This document shows positions 18,929 through 26,990 of a DNA stretch of 32,000 nt, one piece after another. Origin of the DNA: Horticoccus luteus (GTDB taxonomy: Bacteria > Verrucomicrobiota > Verrucomicrobiia > Opitutales > Opitutaceae); the NCBI RefSeq assembly GCF_019464535.1, contig NZ_CP080507.1, positions 1,140,001-1,172,000 of the forward strand, written 5' to 3'. The first letter of the stretch is position 1. The number at the start of each line of letters is the position of its first letter. A program made the translations under genes and the position numbers. The notes beneath the pieces are model-generated. The model was given only the letters and a program-made list of their open reading frames with translations, did not search any database and was not told where the DNA came from.

Positions 18929-19867
18929 ATGAGTGCTCAACGTAAAGGAGGCCGACCGATCCCGGACCGCCCATCCGGCCACGGAAAACCGCAGATGCAA
19001 AGCGAGCCGATGCCGCCGTTTCCGAAACAGAAACAGAAGCAACCCGGTTTGGAGTCGAAGATGAAACCGGCGCCGCACTACCAAGCGTTGAATTACAGGC
19101 CGGCGGGGAAACTGCAGGGCAAGGTGGCGTTGATTACGGGCGGCGATTCCGGCATCGGCCGCGCGGTGGCGGTGCTTTACGCGAAGGAAGGCGCAGATGT
19201 GGCCATCGTTTATTTGCCGAAAGAACAGACTGACGCCGAGGTGACCCGCTGCGCGATCGAGGCGGAGGGGCGCCGGTGCATTCTGCTGCCGGGCGATTTG
19301 AGCTTCGTGGATTTTTGCAACCACGTCGTGGATCTGACGGTGCGGGAGTTGGGGCGTCTCGATATTCTCGTCTCGAACGCCGCCCATCAGAACCGGAAGA
19401 AGTCGCTGGAAGACGTGACAGATGAAGAATTCGACCTGACTTTTCGCACAAATATTTACGCGCTGTTCTGGCTGTCGCGCGCAGCGCTGCCGCATTTGAA
19501 GGCGGGCGCGAGCATCATCGCGACAAGTTCAGAGACTGGTATCATGGGGTCCGCCATGCTGCCGGATTACTCGGCGACAAAGGGAGCGATCAACGCTTTC
19601 GTGAAAACCCTCGCGCAAGATTTGATACCGCGGGGAATCCGCGTGAACGCGGTCGCGCCCGGGCCGGTCTGGACGCCGCTCAACGTTTCGGATCAAGGGG
19701 CGAGCGCGGAAAAGGTCAGCCTGTTTGGCAAGAATTCGCCGATGAAGCGGCCGGCGCAGCCGGAGGAGTTGGCGCCCTCTTATGTGTTTCTCGCTTCCGA
19801 TGCGGACTCTTCGTTCATCACGGGAATTGTGCTCCAGGTGATGGGCGGCGAAACGACCGGGGGATGA
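18929..19867 (+). CDS. SDR-family oxidoreductase, YhxC/YdaD/YghA (general stress protein 39) type
   Basis: Collinear by eye with B. subtilis YhxC: KQKQKQPGLESKMKPAP, KVALITGGDSGIGRAVAVLYAKEGADVAIVYL, ILVSNAAHQ, YSATKGAI (YxxxK), RVNAVAPGPVWTPL, MKRPAQPEELAPSYVFLASD. ATG 18929. An in-frame ATG at 18995 is an alternative start. Confidence 0.9.
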   Translation: MSAQRKGGRPIPDRPSGHGKPQMQSEPMPPFPKQKQKQPGLESKMKPAPHYQALNYRPAGKLQGKVALITGGDSGIGRAVAVLYAKEGADVAIVYLPKEQTDAEVTRCAIEAEGRRCILLPGDLSFVDFCNHVVDLTVRELGRLDILVSNAAHQNRKKSLEDVTDEEFDLTFRTNIYALFWLSRAALPHLKAGASIIATSSETGIMGSAMLPDYSATKGAINAFVKTLAQDLIPRGIRVNAVAPGPVWTPLNVSDQGASAEKVSLFGKNSPMKRPAQPEELAPSYVFLASDADSSFITGIVLQVMGGETTGG

Positions 19868-19928
19868 GTGCGGCGGCGCCGCCGTCGCGCGCGTGAGAAA
19901 CTTCGGCGGACCGCGGCGCGCGCCCGCC

Positions 19929-20783
19929 TCACTTGTCGGCGGGAAACGGCAGCGTGGCCGCGGTGGCTCCCGCCTTGGACGCATGCGCCGCGTTCCATTG
20001 CTGGACGTAGTTTTGCGCCTGTTCGCGGGTGGAGGAGCGAAGTTGCTCAAACTCTTTCTGCTCGGGCGGCGTTTGCTGGTAGCGAGCGGCGAGTTGCTTG
20101 AGCTGGTCGGGTTTCCACGGCAGGCGACCGGCGGTGCGCAGATCGGTAAACAGGCTTTGAGCGCGCACGAGCTCGGTGGCCAAGGACGAGAGGGTGGATT
20201 GCATGTCGGCATCCCACGTCGTGACCGCGCGGACGTAGGCGTTGACGGAATCCAGCGGAGCATCGGCGGCGGGCACCGCGGGTGGCGCGGGGCGTTGCGG
20301 ATTGAAGAAGATGGCGTGGCCTTCCGGCGGCATGATCGAGGCGAGCTGGGGAACGATCGCCGCGCGTGGCACGGTGACTTCGGCGACGTTTTCCGGTCCG
20401 CCAGGAAACGCGGCGACGCTGTTTTCCGCGATGAGGAGGGCATCCATTCCCGCGGGTGCGAGTGGGACGCTGGCCTGCACGTGGTCGCCCGTCGTTTCGA
20501 CGGTCATTTCGTGCGACCACCAGATATACTTTTCGGAAAGGATGGTGAATTCACCCTTGGCGGGAGCGTGGCCGCCGAAGCGATCAGCCCGGAGCTGAAA
20601 CGTGACGGTGGCAGCGGCGTCGTCGCCTTGGGCCGCCGTGACGGTGACGGATTCTTGTTCGCCGAGGGGAGCCCGATTCGGTGCCGCCGCCGAGGCGGCG
20701 CTGACAATGGCAAGGCAACCCAGTGCCCAGAGAAGAGGGCGGAAGCGAACGACGGGGGTGGAAGCGAAGGAAGGGCAGATCAT
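19929..20783 (-). CDS. Hypothetical secreted protein (284 aa): beta-rich N-terminal part and helical C-terminal part
   Basis: Signal-like N-terminus RPLLWALGCLAIVSAASAAAP. Balanced composition (W, Y, K, E, Q present), unlike the two overlapping Arg/Pro/Gly-rich ORFs. GGAG lies 7 nt upstream of ATG 20783. The track start TTG 20861 and ATG 20834 are alternatives. Confidence 0.55.
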   Translation of the reverse strand: MICPSFASTPVVRFRPLLWALGCLAIVSAASAAAPNRAPLGEQESVTVTAAQGDDAAATVTFQLRADRFGGHAPAKGEFTILSEKYIWWSHEMTVETTGDHVQASVPLAPAGMDALLIAENSVAAFPGGPENVAEVTVPRAAIVPQLASIMPPEGHAIFFNPQRPAPPAVPAADAPLDSVNAYVRAVTTWDADMQSTLSSLATELVRAQSLFTDLRTAGRLPWKPDQLKQLAARYQQTPPEQKEFEQLRSSTREQAQNYVQQWNAAHASKAGATAATLPFPADK

Positions 20784-20832
20784 AGCGAATCTCCGTTGCG
20801 AGGGTTCGCGCGCCGCAGTGGCGCGGCGCGCC

Positions 20833-20861
20833 ATTTTTCGCACAGACCGATTTTCGCGCAA
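20833..20861 (-). promoter_or_regulatory. Candidate promoter for the 19929-20783 gene (minus-strand reading TTGCGC-N17-AAAAAT)
   Basis: On the minus strand, TTGCGC is the complement of 20856-20861 and AAAAAT the complement of 20833-20838, with a 17-nt spacer. It is embedded in the T-tract array. It implies a ~40-nt leader with GGAG before ATG 20783. Confidence 0.3.
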
Positions 20862-20893
20862 AAGGTTCTTTTTACGCGCTGCCCATTTTACGC
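20833..20893. repeat. Four evenly spaced copies of (A)T4-5(A)CGC with a 17-18-nt period
   Basis: ATTTTTCGC 20833-20841, ATTTTCGC 20850-20857, TTTTTACGC 20869-20877, ATTTTACGC 20885-20893. T-runs start at 20834, 20851, 20869 and 20886. Confidence 0.6.
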
Positions 20894-20904
20894 CACGAGG
20901 CCGC

Positions 20905-22335
20905 TCAGCAGACGCGCATCACTTCGAGACCGAGGAGATGGCCGAGGTGTTGGAGGCGGTCAGTGAGGTGGCCGAGGCCCACGGCGCAATGATGCGCGGG
21001 GCCGTGGGCGTTCCACCGGTTGACGAATTCCCGCGCGCCGATGCTGAAGCGATAGCGGCTGTTGGTGTTGCCAATTTCGAGGATGGGACCGGGCACTGAT
21101 TCCGCTTCGGCGCAGAGCAGACTCAATCTACCCTCGCGACTTTCGACGACGGAGAGAAGCGTGACGGGGCCGTGTTTCACGGCCATTTCTACGGAAACTC
21201 CGCGACCGACCTTGCCGTGGTAAACGCGGAGCGGCCGGACCTTGGTTCGACCTTGGGCAATGCGCAGGTGACCGGGGCCGTCGTGGCCCATGAGCACGAC
21301 GTCATCCTTGAAATCCATCGCGTAGTATTCTGTGAACGAACCGCCCGCGCCGAAGAGATCCATGATCTTCATCGCCTGCGCGTTCTTCACTTCGTATTCG
21401 CCCGCGACCGGCACGCCGCGACTGGTGAGCAGGGAGGTGCCGAGAATGATCGACGCCATCGTCGCTTCGTTTTCAGGCACGCCGCTGCCTTTGTAGAAGT
21501 AGGCGAGCGACCCGAGTTGGTAGTCGGCTACCAGATGGTCGAGCGCGACCGACGTGCGCGCCGCTTCGGCCAAATCGTCGGCCTGGCAATCGGCTTGGAC
21601 GTCGAACTCGGCGTGGAAATCCTTCACGCGCGCCGCGACGGCGGCGGGCGCGACCTCGCGGCGGCGAGCAGAGAGTTCATCCACTTCAAGAATCTCCACG
21701 TGCGTGCCGAACGTGGCGCACTGGAGGGTGACGTCGGAGTAAATGTCGAGCATGCCGCCGTAGTAGTGGCCCATGAGGCCGAGGCGGTTGGTGCTCATGC
21801 GGGCGGCGACGCGCGCGGCTTCGATCCAGCCATCGATCTCGCGCCAGCAAATGGGGTCATCCTCCAGCACGCCAGTGACCTGATGAAAGCGGACGCCGGC
21901 GCGTTTGAACACGTTGGCGATCTCCGGCACCGGGCACGCGGAGCAGTGCGCCAGCCATTCGCCGGTCATGGCGGTGCGATCCGTCATCCGGTTAAATTTT
22001 TCGTAGTCGATCGCGGCGGCCGGGGCGAGATTCAGCACGATCACAGGCACTTTCGCGCGGAGCACGACCGGGAGAACCGTCGACGAAAGCGCGTAGGTGG
22101 TGACGTGGAGAAAAATGATGTCCACCTCTTGGCGGCGAAACTCGCGCCCTGCGGCGTAGGCGCGATCGGCGTTGTCCACCAGGCCAAGGTTGACGATCTC
22201 CACGCCGGGGCGGGCGAGCTTGGCGGCGACGCGGCCGAGGTAGCCTTCGAGGCGCGATTGGAGGCCGGCGAACTGTGGCCAGTAAGCGTCGAGACCGATG
22301 CCGAACAAACCGGCGCGAAGAGGCGGAATTTCCAT
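20905..22335 (-). CDS. L-arabinose isomerase-family sugar isomerase (AraA/FucI superfamily), 476 aa
   Basis: From ATG 22335. The N-terminal Rossmann-like part is GLFGIGLDAYWPQF...IIFLHVTTYAL...VPVIVLNL. Blocks at the positions of the AraA metal-ligand motifs: VAGEYEVKNA, SFTEYYAMD, LMGHDGPGH, GPAHHCAVG. The upstream 138 codons of the track ORF are Arg/Pro-rich and overlap the neighbouring gene. Confidence 0.8.
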   Translation of the reverse strand: MEIPPLRAGLFGIGLDAYWPQFAGLQSRLEGYLGRVAAKLARPGVEIVNLGLVDNADRAYAAGREFRRQEVDIIFLHVTTYALSSTVLPVVLRAKVPVIVLNLAPAAAIDYEKFNRMTDRTAMTGEWLAHCSACPVPEIANVFKRAGVRFHQVTGVLEDDPICWREIDGWIEAARVAARMSTNRLGLMGHYYGGMLDIYSDVTLQCATFGTHVEILEVDELSARRREVAPAAVAARVKDFHAEFDVQADCQADDLAEAARTSVALDHLVADYQLGSLAYFYKGSGVPENEATMASIILGTSLLTSRGVPVAGEYEVKNAQAMKIMDLFGAGGSFTEYYAMDFKDDVVLMGHDGPGHLRIAQGRTKVRPLRVYHGKVGRGVSVEMAVKHGPVTLLSVVESREGRLSLLCAEAESVPGPILEIGNTNSRYRFSIGAREFVNRWNAHGPAHHCAVGLGHLTDRLQHLGHLLGLEVMRVC

Positions 22336-22367
22336 GGCGAGAAAATAGCGGATGATCGTGGGAGGCG

Positions 22368-24641
22368 CTAGCGCACAAGCGCGACAGGCCAGCGGCGTTC
22401 GTAGCGGCCGGCGATTCGCGTGGGCGTGGCGGCGTCCGGGAATTGCACGTGGATGGGTGTGGCGGATTCGAGGGTGTAACGAATCTCGCTCGCGTTTCGC
22501 TCCCATCGCACATGCACCACGTCGGTGCTGCCTGCGATCGGGAGCGTGCCCTCGGCGCGCGGATGCGAGCCGGTCCGGAGCGTAAAATCGAAGTGGCGTT
22601 CGCCGCGGTCGGCGCGCGGTTGCAGGCCGAGGAGAAAACGCGACAGCTGCCACGTGGGGCAACCCGCCCATTGGTGGCAGTGGCTCCAGCGCGGATCGAA
22701 CACCTCGAGCCACGTCGTGCGCCCGCCGCCGAGCGACCAGCCCCAGCAAGCGCGAAATTGCGCGAGGACGAAGTCCATTTCGCCGCGCGCGATCAGCAGA
22801 GGCATCGCGTAGTTGCCGAAGTAGGGTGTGATGAGGCGCGGGTTATTGGCGGCGGGATCGCTGAGGCGCGGCGCCGTGGGGTCGTTGGGAAAGCATTGCA
22901 GCATGTGGCGTTTGATGAACGCGACGGCGGCGGATTCGTCGGCGGCCGGGAAGAAATTCAACCAGAGGCCGAGAGCAGTGCGATGATAGCCGATGCGCGA
23001 CCAGGCATCGTCGCCGGACGAAAACTCGGCGGCGTAGTAGGCGGCGATGATCGCCCGCAGGGCGTCGGCTTGCGTGCGGTAGTGGGCGGCGCGCGCAGGG
23101 CGATCGACGGCTTCGCACCAACGGATCATATCCCGCAGGGCGGCAAGATAATGGAGGTTGAGTGCCATGTCGGTCGGACCGGGATTGCGCACGTAGCCCC
23201 AATCGACAAACGCCCAGCCGAGCTCATTGCGCACGCCGTCGGGCCCGGACTGCGCGGCGAAGGCGTCGAGGTTGCGCTCGGCGAACGGAAACATTTCTTC
23301 GAGCAAGGTGCGGTCGCCCGTCAGCGCCCAGTAGTGCACGCACGCGGTGATCCATTGCGCGGCGTAAGTGGAAAGGTAGGCCGCGCCGCCGGGGCACAGG
23401 CCGGCGACGAGCCCGTCGTCGCGGGCGCACTGGGCGCATTGGACGAGGCCGCGGCGGCACAGCCGCAAATCGGCGAACGCCACGGCGGCGATATCCATGC
23501 CGACGGTGACGACATCACCGGCCCATTCGCCGCGTTCGCGCGTGGGATTGTCGACGATGGCATCTTCCGCGCAGCCGCGATGTGTTTCCACCCCGACAGA
23601 CCAAATCTGATCAAGCAAGGCGTCGCCCGTATGCAGGGAGCCTTGCGCCTCGCGATAGTAGGCGCGCTCCATGATCTCTTCGCGGAGAAACTTCACGGTG
23701 GCGGGCTCGGCGATGACGTGCACTTCGAGAAAGCGGCCGCCCTTCGGTGTGAGCGGAAAAAACTCCTGCGGTCCGCCGCGCGCGACGTAGTGATCGAGGT
23801 TGCACGAATCGCCGTCGGACAACGTGATCCACGGGGCCACGCGGCCGCGCGTGAGCGCTTCCGCGTAGGCGAACTCGACGACGGCGCCGGCGGGCAGGTC
23901 CAAGGTGAAGCGCGGTCGCATGAGGCGGACCCGCCCGAGGTCGTAGCGCCGCCAGACGCCTTGCGGTGGCAGATCAGCCGGCGAGAGTTCGCGGAGAAAA
24001 AAGCGCGCGGCGGGATTGTCGCGCTCGTAGCCGAATTCTTCGACCAGGGTGCCAGCGGCGAGCGTTGTGACCGGCAGCATGAACGCCCCGCAGTTCGCGG
24101 TGGTGAGCGGCGTCAGTGGGCCGAGCGGGCGCGCCACCGGAGCCGGCGAACTCCAAGCGGAATCGTCGAAGGCCGGCGTCTGCCAGAGCGGAAGTGCGCG
24201 CGTGTCGCACCACTCGATGAAGCCGAGTTGCGGGTTGATGCGGCGTGAGCCGGCGAAGTAGCCGGGGAGCCGCTGGGCACGCCACGCGATGGGAAGTTCG
24301 CGTCCGCTGGTCAGCGCGCGGCAGTGGAGAAAGGGTTCGAGGGGGAGGAGGAGTCGCGTCGATTCTCCGATGTGATGGACTTGCACCGCCAGCACGTGGC
24401 GGCCGGCGGGAAGGGTGGCGCGGAAGATCTGGTATTCGGGGAAAGGAGCGAGAAACCGCGCGGGACCTTCGGCAAAAAATTCGCCGTCGAGCCAGGCGAC
24501 AAACCAGGATGCGCCGAAGAGGCGGAACTCCACCTCGGCGGGGGCCGTGAGCTCGAAACCGCCGCGGAATCCCGCGTAGGTGTTTTTCGCTTCCGCAGCG
24601 ACGTCATCGACCCACAGGAAAACCGGGGCGGGAGAGGCCAT
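22368..24641 (-). CDS. Six-hairpin (alpha/alpha)6 glycoside hydrolase, alpha-L-rhamnosidase (GH78)-like, 757 aa
   Basis: N-terminal beta-sandwich part (FRLFGASWFVAWLDGEFF). Catalytic-domain-like blocks: DNPTRERGEWAGD, YAAQWITACVHYWALTGDRTLLEEMFP, AFVDWGY, GGGRTTWLEVFDPRWSHCHQWAGCPTWQLSRFLLGLQP. These resemble the Bac_rhamnosid6H pattern (DCP.RER.GW.GD ... TT.WE.W ... S.NH...G). Its stop lies 32 nt before the isomerase start. I could not identify a signal peptide. Confidence 0.7.
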   Translation of the reverse strand: MASPAPVFLWVDDVAAEAKNTYAGFRGGFELTAPAEVEFRLFGASWFVAWLDGEFFAEGPARFLAPFPEYQIFRATLPAGRHVLAVQVHHIGESTRLLLPLEPFLHCRALTSGRELPIAWRAQRLPGYFAGSRRINPQLGFIEWCDTRALPLWQTPAFDDSAWSSPAPVARPLGPLTPLTTANCGAFMLPVTTLAAGTLVEEFGYERDNPAARFFLRELSPADLPPQGVWRRYDLGRVRLMRPRFTLDLPAGAVVEFAYAEALTRGRVAPWITLSDGDSCNLDHYVARGGPQEFFPLTPKGGRFLEVHVIAEPATVKFLREEIMERAYYREAQGSLHTGDALLDQIWSVGVETHRGCAEDAIVDNPTRERGEWAGDVVTVGMDIAAVAFADLRLCRRGLVQCAQCARDDGLVAGLCPGGAAYLSTYAAQWITACVHYWALTGDRTLLEEMFPFAERNLDAFAAQSGPDGVRNELGWAFVDWGYVRNPGPTDMALNLHYLAALRDMIRWCEAVDRPARAAHYRTQADALRAIIAAYYAAEFSSGDDAWSRIGYHRTALGLWLNFFPAADESAAVAFIKRHMLQCFPNDPTAPRLSDPAANNPRLITPYFGNYAMPLLIARGEMDFVLAQFRACWGWSLGGGRTTWLEVFDPRWSHCHQWAGCPTWQLSRFLLGLQPRADRGERHFDFTLRTGSHPRAEGTLPIAGSTDVVHVRWERNASEIRYTLESATPIHVQFPDAATPTRIAGRYERRWPVALVR

Positions 24642-24742
24642 AGACGAGAACCTCAATCGTTCAGCGGCGCGAAGCGCAAGGGGAAGCGGGAGACGGCGGC
24701 GAGTTTTCTTTTGGTCCTTACGGGGAGATGCCCCATGGCGGC

Positions 24743-24782
24743 GCCAACGCGGGGGTCTATAGTGCGACCACATGCCAACGCG
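24743..24782. repeat. Two copies of GCCAACGCG, 31 nt apart, in a divergent intergenic region
   Basis: GCCAACGCG at 24743-24751 and 24774-24782. The second copy extends to the palindrome AACGCGTT and is preceded by CACATG. Confidence 0.5.
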
Positions 24783-24811
24783 TTTCTGTCTCCTCATCGT
24801 TTAACTTCGTC

Positions 24812-25270
24812 ATGACCGAAAAATACATCGTCGTCGCCGACCCGCGGCAGCTCCGGTTTTACCACGAAGAAAGCCAGCCCGGCCAAATCGCGCCGAGCTT
24901 GGTGGTGGCGCAAGCGGTGGACCTGGCCGATGAACGCCGACGATGCGCACTGCCAGGCGAACGGCCGCCCAGGGGCGACGCCGCAGCGAGCGCGTCAGCG
25001 GCGCCCATGGAGGAACGGCGCCCGAAGAACGAGGACCGCGAGCGGCGCATCGCGACCCAGATCGCGAAGCACATCAACGCGTTTTTTGCGACGCAACCCG
25101 ACGCGGTGTGGCACTTCGCCGCGAGTCCGTCGCTGCATAACGAAGTCATCGACCGGCTCGAGACCAGCACGGGCAACCGACTCGATCGCTCCGTGCGGAA
25201 GGAATTGGGCAACGTCCCGCCGGTCGAGCTACGAAGTCACTTCAAGCTCGCGCCTTTGGCCGAGAGGTAG
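24812..25270 (+). CDS. Host-attachment-protein family (PF10116-like; bacterial eRF1-like, baeRF1), 152 aa
   Basis: KYIVVADPRQLRFY at the N-terminus (family pattern W.vvaDg..ARlf). A central low-complexity linker follows. Then ERRIATQIAKHINAFFATQPDAVWHFAASPSLHNEVIDRL...RKELGNVPPVELRSHF (family pattern FA..iA..L......l.lvApP..LG.lR..L....KDLt..p..el..hl). ATG 24812. Confidence 0.55.
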   Translation: MTEKYIVVADPRQLRFYHEESQPGQIAPSLVVAQAVDLADERRRCALPGERPPRGDAAASASAAPMEERRPKNEDRERRIATQIAKHINAFFATQPDAVWHFAASPSLHNEVIDRLETSTGNRLDRSVRKELGNVPPVELRSHFKLAPLAER

Positions 25271-25338
25271 CGCGAAAGGGCGCGCGACGGTGGACACTGC
25301 CGGGCGTGCGCGCCCCGGGGACGGAGCGCGCGGCGAGC

Positions 25339-26973
25339 TTACGGTTTCAACGCTTCGTCGGCGTAGCGCGGTTTGAAGGTCGGGTTGCTGGCAGCGAGCT
25401 TGAGAAACGTATCGACGGGCACGACCTCGGGGTGTTCGTCGAGCTGGCCGACGATTTCCATCACGCGCTTGATGCTGTTGGATTCGCGCACGTGAACGAG
25501 CAGGTAGTAGGGGCGTTTCGGGTTGAGGCGCATCAACTCGTTGAGATCGGCGACGGCATCCGGCACCGGGCGATGTTCGTCGAGATAGTAGTCGTAGGAC
25601 ATGAACGCCTGGCCGTTGCGCGCATCGTAAGTATGAGCGGCGGCGTAGCCGTTGATGAAGCCGATGACGTCGGGGGCGTATTTGAAGTATTCGTCAACGG
25701 TGCGTTTCGGCACATCGAAATAGCCGACCGGCACGGACGCGCTGCGGCGCGTGTGGTCCATGACGCTGACGACGTGCAGATCGTATTTCGCCATCATCTC
25801 GTTCATCTCTTTCATGAGGCCGGGAAAACGATCAGGAGGAATCGCGACGGGATACATGTAGCCGGACTGGCCGCCGTTGAAATAGTCCTTGGGCGTTTTG
25901 TCCTTGGCGAACATTTCGAGAACGCCGGGATACCAGCGCACGCCGTCGATACCGACATCCCAGTTGTAGTAGATCTGACCGCGCTCGGGTTCATTCCAAG
26001 CGCCGATGCCCATGCTATCGGACTGCACGAGGCAGACGTAGACCTTGGGTTCGGCGGTGACCTTCTGCTGTCGGGTGACGTGGTTGTTGTTGGTGAATTT
26101 AAAGCCGGGCGAAAACTCGATCTGGCTCATGAATGTGCCGTTGGGAAACGTATTCAGGCCGATCACCTTGAGGCCGTAGCTGGAGGTGAGCGTGACCCAT
26201 TCTCCCTCGCTGTCTTTGGCGTAGGAATGCCAGCCGAAGATGAAGGCGCCGGGATTCATCTGCGCGAGGATGCGGCGGTGGAGTGCGAGTTCCTCTTTGT
26301 CCTTGGGATTGGCGGAAAGGTCGGCCACGAAGGCGTGCATGGCGATGCCGAGGTCGGCCACGCCGGGTTCCATGGTGTTCCACGCGACGCCGCCCATCCA
26401 GATGAGATAGTCGCGACTGCAATCCTTCCAGTAGCGGTCGAGCGCCCACTCGTAAATCTGCACATCGCTCTGCCCGGTGAACTGGCCGCGGAAATCGGCG
26501 AGCGGTTTCAGGCCGTGCTTCTCCGCGAGCGGGATGAGGCTCTCGTCGACGACCACGCCCCGTTGCACGCCGGCGGCGGTGAAGGCGACGTTGAGCGACG
26601 TGCGCACATTTTTATCCCACACGATATAGCCTTTGGCGAACTTGCTGAGGGCGGTGAGGGCGGCATCAGGCGTGGCGAGGCGGGTGAATTTGATGCCGTA
26701 GCGGGTGGCATAGAAATCCTTCACGGGCGCAAAATCGTGAAAGTGCCAGGAGGGTGGATACTCGACAAAAACGCGCGGCGCATCGGTGTTGGCGAGACCT
26801 TGCAAGCTGATGAGCAGGGCGTTCTCGGGGAGGCTGCCGTTGATTTCCCAGTTGTCCTGCGCGACGACAGTATACGCTTCCTTTGGAATCGGACCGGCGA
26901 CGCCGGGAATGGCCTGCACGCGCAGAGCGGCGGCGGAGAGGGTGAGGAGGGAGAGGAGGATGATGCGCTTCAT
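25339..26973 (-). CDS. Secreted protein, GxGYxYP-family-like putative glycoside hydrolase, 544 aa
   Basis: Signal peptide MKRIILLSLLTLSAAALRVQA. Near-exact family motif GGQSGYMYP. Protein-like composition throughout. The family call rests mainly on that motif and on size. Confidence 0.5.
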   Translation of the reverse strand: MKRIILLSLLTLSAAALRVQAIPGVAGPIPKEAYTVVAQDNWEINGSLPENALLISLQGLANTDAPRVFVEYPPSWHFHDFAPVKDFYATRYGIKFTRLATPDAALTALSKFAKGYIVWDKNVRTSLNVAFTAAGVQRGVVVDESLIPLAEKHGLKPLADFRGQFTGQSDVQIYEWALDRYWKDCSRDYLIWMGGVAWNTMEPGVADLGIAMHAFVADLSANPKDKEELALHRRILAQMNPGAFIFGWHSYAKDSEGEWVTLTSSYGLKVIGLNTFPNGTFMSQIEFSPGFKFTNNNHVTRQQKVTAEPKVYVCLVQSDSMGIGAWNEPERGQIYYNWDVGIDGVRWYPGVLEMFAKDKTPKDYFNGGQSGYMYPVAIPPDRFPGLMKEMNEMMAKYDLHVVSVMDHTRRSASVPVGYFDVPKRTVDEYFKYAPDVIGFINGYAAAHTYDARNGQAFMSYDYYLDEHRPVPDAVADLNELMRLNPKRPYYLLVHVRESNSIKRVMEIVGQLDEHPEVVPVDTFLKLAASNPTFKPRYADEALKP

Positions 26974-26990
26974 GGTAGGGCGGGCTGAGC

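Noticed and set aside
19012-19040. Short simple repeats in coding sequence (AAACAGAAACAGAAGCAA encoding KQKQKQ in the SDR gene; GAG/GAC run encoding the acidic tail of DUF892 at 29395-29428)
   Set aside because: These are low-complexity coding repeats within otherwise well-supported genes, not independent repeat elements.
19872-19883. Perfect 12-nt GC palindrome GGCGGCGCCGCC five nt after the SDR stop, considered as a terminator
   Set aside because: It has no loop and no U-tract, and such GC palindromes are frequent at this composition. Similar short GC hairpins at 14332-14345, 16563-16579 and 25271-25330 were also not called.
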